A stretch of DNA of 64,000 nt, from NCBI GenBank assembly GCA_964016885.1, contig OZ024741.1, forward strand, positions 274,784,001 to 274,848,000, given 5' to 3'. The translations under genes were made by a program, and so were the position numbers. Shown here piece after piece: positions 14,041-28,580 of this stretch (within the stretch, counting starts at the first letter, position 1; the number at the start of each line of letters is the position of its first letter). This DNA comes from Eledone cirrhosa. Taxonomy: Eukaryota. The notes under the pieces are model-generated. The model worked only from the letters and a program-made list of their open reading frames with translations, was not told the DNA's origin and did not search any database.

Positions 14041-17000
14041 AAATTCAAGATGAATACTATCTCCGAAAGTAATGCCACAACTACAGCCAGGTTGAATAAC
14101 TGGTTATTCTTCTAACTATCCTTCTGAAGACACCTTTTATTCGAATTCGTAGAGATATCCGACTAAATACATAATTCATTTTACAAGGATTTGCTACAAA
14201 CAGCATGGCTGAACACAACATCAACAAAAAGATTAAGGAAGTATCGGAGACAAATAACAAAGAAGGTAATCAAACTTTATTCAGTTGTAGCTACAGAAGA
14301 AACCGAAATTATAAATCGCATTTCTCTCGGGGTTGCGAACTTAATAATGATTTATTTAATTCTTATAAAATGGCAAAAAACAATCCCTCCATTGGCTATA
14401 TGAATAGAATGAAGCTACACTGGGACGAAATGAACCCAGAGCTAAATTATTTCACAGCGAAACAATTACGCCAACAAGCGACGTTTGTTGAACGTAAAAA
14501 TAAGATAAATATTATTAATTGTAAGTCCCCCACAACAAACATGGAATCAACAACACGTGCTACAGGTCGCCATGCTACTAGACTTCCTAGCAGCCAGGTC
14601 GAACAGCGCCTTGAAACAACTATACCTGTACCATCTAAGTCTACCTCGAATGCTGGGGAAAACACTATCGATAATAATAATAATCGAAGAAATAATAATA
14701 ATAATCGAATAAATGTGACACCACGTATACCACCCGAGTCTACCTCGAGTGTTGTGGAAAATACTATCGATAATGATAATCAAGAGTATAAACAATTGAA
14801 AATTTCCCTCAACGAAATCTTCCAGAGAGAAATTAATTCATGTATAAATATCTCTCTGGCTGAACGTGTTGAAATGACAATGGTGAATAAAAAACCAAAT
14901 AATGAAATACTACGTGTTATTGACGAAATAGGGGATGAATATTTACGACGGATAAAAAACCCAACATTTTAGCAAATCAACGCCTGTTTATGTGCCTTAG
15001 CAATGACAGTGAAGCATTATCTTGGTGATAGCAGAGATATTAACAAGAACAAAACACCACCAAAAATACCATCATATATAACTAAAATAGAAAAAAAGAT
15101 TGCTGACCTACGAAAAAACATAGGACATGTGACAATTCTCCTTACATGCAAACAAACACAAAAAAAACCTCACTCCTCACCAACAAAGAGTGAAAAATAA
15201 AATAGAGACAATGTTTGGTAGCAGTAGAACCAGAACTCTCCAATATAAGCTGATCACCCTCAAACAAGAATTGAGAGATGTTAGCGAAGAACGCCGATAC
15301 CTGAAGAAGGTAGATGATAGAAAAATGCTTAATAAAAGATTCAGACGAAACCAAACATCAGTCTATAGAGATATGAAGGGCAAAATAATAAGTGTCACTG
15401 AGGCCCCATCCCAGAAAGACATAGATTCCTTTTGGAGAAAAATATGGAGTAAAAAGAAAAATTTCAATCAAGATGCAGTGTGGCTAAGAGAAATCCGAAA
15501 GAACTATTGCTCCTACACTACAACAAAAACATACGAAATAAGTGAGGGTACCCTTGAGACTGTGACAGGAAAACTCCAAGATAAGAAAACACCTGGAAGA
15601 GACATGATTGTCGGCTACTGGTACAAAAAACTAATATTCTATCGGAGGTATCTTACTGACCTCTACCAACAAGTTCTTAAGAGAGATACACTTATACCAG
15701 AATGGTTGACGTTAACACAAACGTTACTGGTCCCCAAGAACAAAGACACCCACTTGGCAAAAAACTACCGACCCATTGCATGCCACAACCTGATGTATAA
15801 GATGTATACAGCCTGCCTGAACCTATTCCTCCAAGATCACTGTGAAAATAATAACATCATGACTGATGAACAAGCAGCTGGAAAGAAAAGGGTTTGGGGA
15901 TGTGCTGAACAACTCCTAATCAACAAAACTGCGATGTCGGAGGTGCGACAACTTAGGAGAAATATGACTACAGTCTGGCTGGACTACAAGAAAGCTTTCG
16001 ATTCTGTTCCACACTCTTGGATGATAGAGGCCCACCAACTTGCTAAAGTCCCAGACATTATTGTCAGAGCCATAGAGAGGCTTTCTTCTTCTTGGGTTAC
16101 TATCCTAAGGTTAAAGACAGAGAGGGAGGATTCTATTTTCACTGATAAAATAAAATATTGCAGGGGTATATTTCAGGGGGACAGTCTCTCTGTGATATTG
16201 TTCATCTTGTCATTAAACCCTTTGTCCTTTCTGCTCAAGAAATGTCAGGGATACATCATTGGCTCACAGAAGGACAGAAATACGAACCTAACCCATAACT
16301 TCTTTGTGGACGATCTGAAACTCTATGCCAAGAACATGGATGGGATGAAGAAAAATCTTGACCTGATTACAACGTTCTCAAAGGATATAGGAATGGAGTT
16401 TGGCCAAAATAAATGCTCATACATGACTGTAAAGCGGGGAAAAACAACAACCCAATCTAGCAACATTGTCATCAATGGTCTAACTGCTTCACCGATATCT
16501 GATGAGGACTGCTACAGGTACCTGGGATTAGATGAGAACATATCCTATAATGGTATCTGTAATAAAGAACGCGTAACCAAGGAATACTACACCCGATTAA
16601 GAAAGATCTGGTCATCGGAACACTCTGCGCAAAACAAAACAGTGGCTCACAATGTGTTTGCTGTGCCTGTCCTAACACCAACGTTTGGAATACTCAATTG
16701 GACGATAGACGAAATCCGAGCAATTGATGTTAGAACTCGTAAAATACTAAACAACACCGGAAACTTCCACATCAACAGTGACATAGACCGCCTTTACCTG
16801 AAACGTAAGCAGGGAGGCCTAACATCAGTCCAGACAACATTTGAATGTCGCATCATATCTCTCCGACAACATCTACGAACCTCGAAGCGTAGGAGCCCGC
16901 TTCTCGAGCAAGTCTATCTGCATGAAACAGATAAGATCATGAGAGTTGGGAAGGAACTCCTTGAGAGATATTCCCTATGTGATAATCAAAACTCACACCC

Positions 17001-18095
17001 AGGGATGTCGCTCAGCAGTATCGCAGTGAATCCATGGATGAAAAACTGCATACTTATCAGCAAAAAATCATGCATGGATATGTTGCCAGGAAGCTCCAGA
17101 GTGAGAGTAATATAGATAAGGAAAGTAGTCTATCTTGGACGAACAACCGCTATATTGGCTCCCACTTTGAAGGATACGCTTTTGCAATCCAAGAACAGGA
17201 GATTAGCACGAAATACCTGATTCACAAAAGAGATAGGGATGCAGGCAAAACACCTAGATGTGATAACAAGTGCAGACTCTGCAGAACTAACATCGAGGAT
17301 ATCACCCATGTCATCAGTAGCTGCCCAAAGATGTCATCGCGGTACTATCTACCTATGAGGCATGATGTAGTGGCCAAAACACTGTACAATGCAGTTCGTA
17401 AAAAAGATAGCCCCGATAATAAACACATTAAAAGCTACAGCAATGTGGAAGACATCCATGTCCATAATATGAAAGAGTACCGGTGGAATGTTCCAGTAAA
17501 AACCCCAATAAAATGCAGGCATAACAGACCAGATATTATGATATGGGACAGGGAGAAGAAAACATGCACAGTAGTGGAAATTAGCTGCCCAGCAGATGCC
17601 AATATAATATCAAAGATTAGTGAAAAGGAGAATATTTATGCAGAGCTCATGAGAAATCTGCAGATACTCCACCCTGATTACACCTTCAGATTTATGCCTG
17701 TGATTATTGGGGCACTGGGATATGTTAGTAACTGCCTCAATACAAATCTTGAGAAGCTAGGCTTCACAGGAACAGAAAGAACACAACTAGTTATGAAACT
17801 ACAAGTACAATCCATTAATGGAACAGTAAAAATATGTAAAACATTCTAAAAATGTTGCATCTAATAACTGCATATACACATGTACAGATACAAAGCATAT
17901 ACACATGCACACATACAACTCAAAACATACACATCCACACATACAATAACATCCATATCTAACATGCATGCATACATACATACATATCTACCTAGTTGAT
18001 GTTGTGTAAATTCCAATGAGAGAGTCTTGTGTCTATGTTAGAAACCGACTCTCTCTCCATTGGTAAAACTTTGTGAAATTATAAAACCAGAAGAA
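14041..18095 (+). mobile_element. Near-full-length R4/Dong-clade non-LTR retrotransposon, family 1
   Basis: Single ORF broken into 14205-14972, 15003-15200, 15190-17115, 17034-17849; RT (NYRPIAC, WLDYKKAFDSVPH, GIFQGDSLS, FVDDLK), CCHC CRLC-x8-HVISSC, RHD, RPD...EISCP RLE; (CATA)n on both sides. Confidence 0.93.
14205..17864 (+). pseudogene. RT-RLE polyprotein with stops/frameshifts
   Basis: TAG at 14970, frameshifts near 15170 and 17010; TAA at 17847 is CAA in the copy at 12470. Confidence 0.85.
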
Positions 18096-18489
18096 CATAC
18101 ATACATACATACATACATACATACATACATACATACATACATACATACATACATACACGTAGATCAATTACAATATGACAACATCGCCAAAATACACCCA
18201 AAATCACGCACAGAGAGTGACACACATATACAGGAGTACATACACAAAGATACACATACACACATTATACATACATACACAAACACACCACACATATACT
18301 GGCGTACATACACATACATACACATAGACACCACACATATACTGGCGAACATATACATACATACACAAACATACCACACATATACTGGCGTACATATACA
18401 TACATACACAAACATACCACACATATACTGGCGTACATATACATACATACACAAACATAACACACATATAGTGGAGTACATACACAAAC

Positions 18490-18629
18490 ACGCACATGCA
18501 AACACGCACACACATACAAGCACACACATACACACACACACACACACACATACAAACACACACACTCACGCACACAAACACACTCACACTCAAAAACACA
18601 CAAACATACAAACACACAAACACACACAA

Positions 18630-18660
<31 letters not shown>

Positions 18661-18675
18661 CACACACAAACACAA

Positions 18676-18724
<49 letters not shown>

Positions 18725-18859
18725 TACAAACACACACACACAAACACACACACACACACATATACACATACAAACACACACACTCACGCACACAAACACA
18801 CACACACTCAAAAACACACAAACACACAAACACACAAACACACACAAACACACACACAC

Positions 18860-18897
<38 letters not shown>

Positions 18898-18898
18898 A

Positions 18899-18929
<31 letters not shown>

Positions 18930-19026
18930 TACAAACACACACACACACAAACAAACACAAACAAACAAACACACACACAAACACACACACACATACAAAC
19001 ACACACACACACAAACACACACACAA

Positions 19027-19077
<51 letters not shown>

Positions 19078-19160
19078 TACAAACACACACACACACAAAC
19101 ACACACACACAAACACACACACACATACAAACACACACACACACACACACACAAACACAA

Positions 19161-19191
<31 letters not shown>

Positions 19192-19324
19192 TACAAACAC
19201 ACACACACACAAACACACACAAACAAACACACACACACACAAACACACACACACATACAAACACACACACACACAAACACACACACAAACACACACACAA
19301 ACACACACACATATACACATACAT
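18490..19324. repeat. (CA)n/(CAAA) compound microsatellite
   Basis: Direct reading. Confidence 0.95.
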
Positions 19325-19977
19325 AACCAACCAATGAACGCCTCTGATGTCACGAAATACTTCTCTGCTGATATTCTGGCACCGAAGATTGAACTCTGTG
19401 ATGACGTACAGTCATGGATGGACGCCACCACCTCCACTACACCCACCACCACCACCACTGCCGCCACCACCACCACTGCCACCACTAACACCACCACCAC
19501 TGCCACCTGCCACCACCACTACCACCTACCAGCACTTCACCCACCACCACCACTGACGTCACCACCACCACCACCACTGCCACCACTAACACCACCACCA
19601 CTGCCACCTGCCACCACCACTACCACCTACCAGCACTTCACCCACCACCACCACTGCCGTTACCACTACCACCACCACTGCCGCCACTACTACCACTTCA
19701 CCCACCACCACCACCACCACCACCTACAATACGTTCAACAAGTCATGTGACCCCGACAACAACCTAAAACGAGGCTACACCTTTCAAAGATGAAATTAAA
19801 TTTGACATTGATGTTGACATGCACACACATATGCACATATACACATATACACATATACACACATACACACACATATATATATATACATACATATGCACAC
19901 ATACACACACGAACAAACATACACACATATACACATACACATAGTCAAACACATATACACACACATATACACACAGA

Positions 19978-20498
19978 TAAAGATATATACATACGTACAT
20001 ACATATATGCCTCACACATACACCCATATATTTACGTGTTTGTGTATGCATGTGCATCTGTGTATACATGTGTGTATACATGTGTGTGTGTGCACACGTG
20101 TGTGTATGTATATGTACATGTGTGATCGCATGTGTATGCGTGTGCGTATATGTGTGTATGAGTATATATGTGTGCGTATGTGTGTGTGCTTATATGTGTG
20201 CACACGTATTGTGTATGTGTCTATGTGCTTACGTGTATTAACGTAAGCACATAGACGCATACACACACGTGTGCACACATATAAGCACACACAAACACAT
20301 ATACTCATACACACATATACGCACACGCATACACATGCGATCACACATGTACATATACATACACACACGTGTGCACACATACATGTATACACACATGTAT
20401 ACAAACATGTATACACACATGCACATGCATACACAAACACGTAAATATATGGGTGTATGTGTAAGGCATATATGTACGTACATATGTATATATCTTTA
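19978..20498. repeat. Long fold-back of degenerate CA/TG microsatellite sequence
   Basis: ~19978-20234 reverse-complements ~20241-20498 (centre cttacgt gtatta acgtaag). Confidence 0.8.
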
Positions 20499-20568
20499 TA
20501 TATATATATATATATATACATACATAGATGTATATAAACACATATTTGTATATACATACACAAACATG

Positions 20569-20621
<53 letters not shown>

Positions 20622-20714
20622 ATACTTTGGGAGCGTCATGTTGCCAAAGTATAACAATATCGGTTTCAACACACGATTTCAGATAAAGAATCTTGCTAAA
20701 CAAATTCAGAAACG

Positions 20715-20776
<62 letters not shown>

Positions 20777-20960
20777 CACATGTTTGTGTATGTATATACA
20801 AATATGTGTTTATATACATCTATGTATGTATAAACATATATGTGTATATATACAGCTATGTGTATACAGCTACGTGTGTATATACACCTACGTGTGTATA
20901 TAAACGCGTTGACCAAGATGGAACTTTATATTCGCTCAGAATCATGTCTGTCAAAGATAC

Positions 20961-21039
20961 TCACTTCATCATCACCATCATCATCACCACCACCATCATC
21001 ATCATCACCACCATCATCATCATCATCACCATCATCATC

Positions 21040-21094
<55 letters not shown>

Positions 21095-21168
21095 CCACCA
21101 TCACCACCATCATCACCATCACCACCATCATCACCATCATCATCATCACCATCATCATCCTCATCGTC

Positions 21169-21202
<34 letters not shown>

Positions 21203-21258
21203 CCATCACCACCATCATCACCATCATCATCATCATCACCATCATCATCCTCATCGTC

Positions 21259-21299
<41 letters not shown>

Positions 21300-21304
21300 C
21301 ATCG

Positions 21305-21343
<39 letters not shown>

Positions 21344-21566
21344 CCACCATCACCATCATCATCATCATCCTCATCGTCTTCATCATCATCACCACCACCA
21401 CCATCATCATCACCACCATCATCATCATCATCACCACCATCACCACCATCTTCATCATCATCATCATCATCATCATCACCATCATCACCATCACCACCAT
21501 CATCATCATCACCACCATCATCATCATCATCATCATCATCACCACCATAACCATCATCATCAACAT
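20961..21566. repeat. (CAT/CAC)n tract
   Basis: Direct reading. Confidence 0.95.
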
Positions 21567-23985
21567 CAGGCATTTCAAACTGAGGGTCCCCCAAAGGCCG
21601 CATGAGTCACATACGTGTTGTCTGAGGGCCGCACACGACAACTAAATGTGCACATTACAACTAATTAAAGTCATTTAATAAAATTCATTGCAGAAAAATG
21701 TGTTACTTAAATTTAGAAACATACAATGTACCTTCAAAATGTTTTAGCAGCATTCATGAATACAAAGTAATGAAGTGGTTTGACAAAAAACTAAAATTTT
21801 AAATGGCTACATACATTTGCAGCTTGCAACAGTAACAAATACATTGTTCAAAAATTACAACAGTTCAAAACTGAACATTTATTTGCTACTATTCAACCAT
21901 TTTTAGTTTTTTGTCCTGAGGCTTGACACTTCTTATTGTTGGTATGTCTGGCTGAAATATATGTGCAGTTCCGACTTTGATCAGAGATGACAAGTGTTGA
22001 TCAGTCAGCCTTGTTCTCTGATAAGTTTTTATTAATTTCGTGCAGTTTTTGTTAATTTCGTGCAGGAGAATAACTGTTCACTTGTAGAACCAAGCATTGC
22101 CATAATCTTTGTGGTAAACTTTCCGAAGTTTTTTAACTTTTCAGGAAAGTATGAAAAGAAACCAGGTATCCCCACTTCAAGATACTTTGCTCTGAGTGTA
22201 GAATCTGACTGCATTTCCAGTAATTCCATCTGCATGCTTTCTTCTGCCTTGGCAACACCAAAGGTGAATGGTGCTGAGAATAATGCAAACTGATGTTCAA
22301 ACGATGAGAAATCACAAAATCTTTCCTGAAATTCCTTTGACAATTCCAGGTGACTGTCAAAGTTAAGTACAGAATCAGTATTGACAGTGTTTTTTCAGCT
22401 CTTTGTACGTAGGAAAATGAACTAAATTTTCATTTGACAACTGTGACTTCCATAAGCTTAGTTTTCTAATGAAGCACTTGATGTCATCATATAACTGAAT
22501 GATGTGTTTGTTTTTACCTTGTAATTTCAAATTAAGATCAGTTAATTGCGCAGTAATATCCACAGCAAAAGCCAGATCTTGGAACTAACTTTCATCTTTT
22601 ATTTCATTTGTGTTTTGACCTTTCATTTCCAAAAACATAATTATTTCTTGTTTCAACAAATAGAATCTTTTCACCACTTTGTGACATTACAACCAGCAGA
22701 CTTCTGTGTAGAATTAAACATCGGTGAACTGATTATCCATATCTTCCAACAACTGGCTGAACTAACGGCGTTTGAGAGCACGGTCTCTGATATAGTTCAC
22801 TATCTTTGTGACCAAGCTAAGCACCTGATGCAATTTTAAAATATTTGAACACAAATTTTGCTGATGAATAATACAGTGAAAATGTGCTAATGATGAATCT
22901 GGATGCCAGTTTTCTATTTTTGTTTGTAACTTGACAGTAACACCATTATGTCTGCCAACCATATTCGCAACACCGTCAGTAGATAAGCATGCAAGTTTAC
23001 TCAACTCAAAACCATAGTCATGCAGAACCTACTCAACCTTCTCAAAGATGTCCTGGCTCGTTATCGTGTCATGCATAGGGACCAGTTCAATCAGTTCTTC
23101 ATAAATATTAAATTCGCTGTCACAGGCCCTGAAGAAGAATGCAACCTGTGCTATTCCAGTGATGTCAATGGTCTCATTAATAGCAATAGAAAAATGTTCA
23201 AACCTTAATGATACAGTCTTCAACTGTTGTTTCAGATCACCTGACATTTCATCAATCCGTTCAGCAACAGTGTTCCTGGTTAATGAAATGTCTTTGAATA
23301 ACTGTGCTTTCTCTGGACATTCAATTTAAGCTGTTTTTACAAGGCCTTGCTTTAAAAAATACCCTTCACTGTAAGATTTGCAACTTATGGCGATCATTCG
23401 GCTGAGTTCATAGCTTGCAGTAACAGAAGCGGCATTTTCTGCCTGAATTTACATAAAACAGGTATGTTGCTGTGTCAAGTTAGCCTTCAATTCCTTGAGT
23501 CTTGAAACAAGCATTGAGCCTTCATATTTATCGTAAGATCGATGGTTTGTTTCATAATGTCTTTTCAAATTGTACTCTTCTGGTGTGGCGATGCAGTTGT
23601 TGCAAATTAAACAGTCTATTTTTCCATTCAACGTTGTGCAAAAATACTGTAATTCCCACTTTTCTTGAAACACTCACCCTTCTTCGTTCAATTTCCTTTT
23701 TCTCTTAGCTGGAGGAGCACTAGCTATTTTAAAAGAAAAACTTTTGAAATTTGAAAGAAAGTTTTCTGGTTTTACAACTGTTAATCAGCTGCGCGTGATT
23801 CATCGGAAATTAAAAGTAGTTGACAAAAATCGTACAAAATAAAAAAAACAATCGTATCGAAATTTTTATTTTATTTTATATTACGAAGATAAAACATGCT
23901 CGCGCTGTAAAAAAAACCCTTTGTGCGGGACGCAGGTGTGCTTGCAAAGGACCGCATGCACCCGTGGGCATGTTTGACATGCCTC
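21567..23985 (-). mobile_element. hAT DNA transposon, Buster/Charlie/SPIN (GTF2IRD2-like) group, decayed
   Basis: TIRs caggcatttcaaac / gtttgacatgcctc with ggccgca-like subterminal motifs; right flank GTCTAGAT; transposase fragments CLIC...NLKRHYETNH (BED-like), FSIAINETID, STDGVANMVG, HCIIHQQNLC, AMLGST-SEQLFS. Confidence 0.9.
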
Positions 23986-24082
23986 GTCTAGATAGATGAG
24001 AAACAAAACGAGGATGTAGTTTATGGAACGCCCAAATGATTTAGAAGTCGACCTTAAGTAGGAGCAATAACATTAAGAAAGA

Positions 24083-24462
24083 CATGAACGACACCACATC
24101 ATTTTGTATTGAAAATTTTGAAAGTAGGTTTATAATTATAAATTTTGAAAAGATTTTTCGTAGCTGTCTCAGTGGCGTAGTGGTAAGTACTAGAGACGGT
24201 GGAAATCCTGTTCTAGGGTTCAATCCTGGTCAAGAGGTGCATGTAATCTTTTTTTCAGTTTTTATTTTACATCACATAGAAAAAAACTGAAAGGGTTTAC
24301 CGGGAAACTTACTCCCAACCAGGATCGAACTTCACACCAAGATCACCACCGTCTATGATCCCTCCACCTAGGCCACCGAGACAGCTACAAAAATACCATG
24401 AAAATTAATAATTATAAACCTACTTTCGAAATCAAAGTTAAAAAGATGTGGTGTCGTTCATG
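24083..24462. mobile_element. Diverged inverted repeat, each arm ending in a tRNA-like A/B-box segment
   Basis: catgaacgacaccacatc...gtagctgtctcagtggc...ggttcaatcctgg mirrored by ccaggatcgaac...gccaccgagacagctac...gatgtggtgtcgttcatg. Confidence 0.6.
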
Positions 24463-24499
24463 GATTTCCTTGAGCGGACCGCATGTTTGCCATGTCGGA

Positions 24500-25062
24500 T
24501 CAACATCACCACAATCATCACCATCGTCATCACCGCTTTCTTCGCCTTCATCATCACCACCACAAGCACTTAACTAGCACAACCACCATCACCACCCCCA
24601 CCATCACCAAAATCATTATCATCACCATCAGCATCACCACCATGATCATCATCATCATCACTACCACCACCACCACCACTAACACCATCACCATCACCAT
24701 CACCAGCAGCACCACTATCGTCACCATCATCATCACTACCACCACCACCACCAACATCATCACCAGCACCACTATCATCATCATCATCACTACCACCACC
24801 ACTAACACCATCAACATCACCATCACCATCATCACCAGCAGCACCATGATCAACATCATCACTACCACCACTAACATCATGACCATCACCACTAGCAGCA
24901 CTATCATCATCACTACCACCACCACTAACACCATCACCATCACCATCACCATCATCACCAGTAGCACCATGATCATCATCATCACTATCACCACCACCAC
25001 TAACATCATCACCATCACCACTAGCAGTACTATCATCATCATCACTACGATCATCACCACTG
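24500..25062. repeat. (CAT/CAC)n tract
   Basis: Direct reading. Confidence 0.95.
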
Positions 25063-25270
25063 TCATGTGACATACTTCCACACAACTACCCCCCACCACA
25101 CACACACACACACGACGCTGAACACCCTCCCCCCTCTCACTCTCATCATCCCTCTTTTGACGTGACCTCTTGCTGTTGACCTCACAACAAACAGACATCA
25201 CTGCACGAGTCTAACTCCAGATATCACTCATCACAGGCGAAGGCAAATCGTCTGTTGAAACAGACATTGC

Positions 25271-25432
<162 letters not shown>

Positions 25433-25458
25433 CATATATATATATATATATACGTATG

Positions 25459-25551
<93 letters not shown>

Positions 25552-25605
25552 GTGTGTGTGTGTGTGTATACATATATATATATATATATATATACATATA
25601 TATAC

Positions 25606-25694
<89 letters not shown>

Positions 25695-25909
25695 CCCATA
25701 TATATATATAGTATACCCACACACATATACACCCACATATATATATATATACTGATGAGTGACAACTGGATCTAGGCTCGTGCGCTCATGTCAATTTTAG
25801 AGGTCATCGTCAACAGGTCACACAAAATTCATATTTGTGCGTGTACACAAAACACACGCATATACTCTCGTACACACACATACACACATATATATATATA
25901 TATATATAA

Positions 25910-26000
<91 letters not shown>

Positions 26001-26120
26001 CGCATGGCTTAGTTTTTAGAGTATCAGGTTTACAATCGTGAGGTTGTGAGTTCGACTCTCAGACAAGGCTTTGCGTTGTGTTCTTGAGCAAGACATTTTA
26101 TTTCACCTTGCTCCAGTTCA

Positions 26121-28435
26121 CTATGGCCAGCAATAACATTCATCGCAAAAAAATGTCACATATCAAGCGATGCCTGTACATGAAGCTTCTTAAGTGATGA
26201 AAGGATTTGCAGGGGACCAATCCCACTCTCTGAACATCAAATGCATTTCCCCAAAAGAACTTGTCTACATCATTGGATGCAAACGAAGTCGCAGGTTTTA
26301 TATCAGAGTGACCTTCTAGAGAGATGTCTTAATGAAGACTAGGAGTCTCTCGCTCAAAAAATATAAAATACTTTATTGGATGGCTGTTGACTCTCCTGAG
26401 TTCCTCCGCCCTTGTACGGGTTTTGATTTTCATACCGCAGTGTGTCCACAATCACCCTCCTCACCAAGCAAGCTTAGTGGGGTTGCCAGTTTAGTCATCA
26501 ACGACCCGGTCATGCATAGGTTGTACTGGGTTACATGTTCCCACTAGCGCTGAAGAGCGACCTGACATACATACATACATACATACATACATACATACAT
26601 ACATACATACATACATACATACATACATACATACATACATACATGGTGGCTGCCAACTCGTTTTCGAGTACGGCCACTACTTTATATCCATGTAGGAGAA
26701 CCTTTACCGATGCGCTGAACGAGTGTGACTTTTTAGTCCAGCCAGCGACTTGAAAACTCTGGTACAAACACTACACTTGTGACAATTATTGACACATAGT
26801 GCTGGGCCCATGGTACCATGTGAGGACAAGTGCAGAGAGATCTCCAGATATACAGCAATGCCTGTGCTGTGAAGCTTTTATAGTGAGCAAAGTCACTGCA
26901 CAAAGCCAGTCCCACTCTCTTAACCAAGATGATATTTACCAAAAAGAAGAACAAGTCAACATCATTGGATACCACCAGGGTTGCAGGTGTTATATCAGAG
27001 TTTTCCTTCTCCTAGAATTCTGCATTGACAAAGGCTAAGGGGTCATCTCTCCCGGTGATTTTGGATGGCCATTGTCTCTTAAGAGCTCCTTTGCCCTTTG
27101 ACAGGTTTTGTTTTTAGTCGTGCAGGATGTCCAAAGTCACCCTCCTCACCAAGAAATCTTGGTAGGGTTGCCAGTTTAGTCGCCAACGACCCAACCATGG
27201 GACAGGTTGTACTGGGATACATGTTACCAGTAGTACCAACTGGTGACATACATACATACATACATACATACATACATACATACATACATACATACATACA
27301 TACATACATACATACATACATACATACATGATGGCTACAGACTCTGCTTGTCAGATTATAGAGTTTCGCGCACTTTTAGGCTACGGCCAGCCACATGAAG
27401 CTGTAACAGATCCTGAACAAGCAATGCCTGTGCTTTGAATGTTTTTTAAGTGGGGAAAGGTCTTACACACGACCAATCCCACTCTCTGAGCATCGAAAAC
27501 ATTACCCCAAAAGGATAACTGGTCAACATCATCGTATGCTTCCGAAGCCGCAGGTTTTTTTCAGAGTTTCCCTCTCTGAAAGAGGTGTTGTGATAACAAC
27601 TGGGGACCTTTCACTCCCAAGTAAAAAAAAAAAAAAAAACTAATTGGATGGCCGTTGACTCTGTTGAGTTCCTCCGCCCTTTGCTGGGTATTGTATTTCA
27701 TCCCGTAGGGTGTCCAAAATCACCCTCCTCACCAAGGTAGCTTGGTAGGGTTGGCGGTTTAGTCGCCGACGACCCGACCATGAACCAGATTGTACTGGGT
27801 TACATGTTACCAGAAGCACTCGAGAGCGACCTGACATACATACACACATGATGGCTGGTCCCTCGTTATCGACTATGGCCATTGCACGATATACCATTAT
27901 TAATAATTATTAATTAATTCTATCGTGCAATGCCTGTGCGTGAAGATATTTTTTAAAGTGAGGAAAAACTGTGCACTGAGCCAATCCCACTGTCTGAGCG
28001 ACAGTAGCTATAACCCGAAAAGAATAAAATATCAACATCATCGGTAACTACTGAGCCGCAGGTTTTATATCGGAGTTATCCCATTTTCCTGAGTTGCCTT
28101 CTCCTAGAAGAATGCCCTGACAAAGGTTAGGAGTCCTTCACACCCAGTTGTTTAACCATGTGATCGGGTGTCCAGTGCGACTATTTCTATATCGCCGCGC
28201 ATATACATACATATGTACATGTGTATATACATATTTACACACTTTTGGATGGCCGTTGACTCTTATGAGTTCTTCCGCCCTATATCAGGTTTTGTTTTTT
28301 GTCCTGCAGGGTGTCCAAAATCACCCTCCCCACCAACTTAACTTGGTGGGGTTGCCGGTTTAGTCACCGACGACCCGACCATGCGACAGGTTGTACTGGG
28401 TTACATGTTACCAGTAGCACTCAAGAGTGACCCGA
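26121..28435 (-). mobile_element. Four head-to-tail RTE-derived non-autonomous elements separated by (CATA)n
   Basis: Units 26121-26565, 26643-27246, 27328-27834, 27848-28435 share a 5' leader (ggtaacatgtawcccagtacaa...gactaaac) and an RTE-5'UTR-like ctaggagaaggaaaactctga motif; 3' ends differ. Confidence 0.8.
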
Positions 28436-28580
28436 CATAACATACATACATACATACATGCATACATACATACATACATACATACATACATACATACATA
28501 CATACATACATACATACATACATGCACATACATACATACATACATACATACATACATACATACATACATACATACATACA

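Noticed and set aside
20926-21603. Asp/Gly-rich ORF resembling acidic biomineral proteins
   Set aside because: Antisense of a (CAT)n tract; its ATG lies in the hAT terminus.
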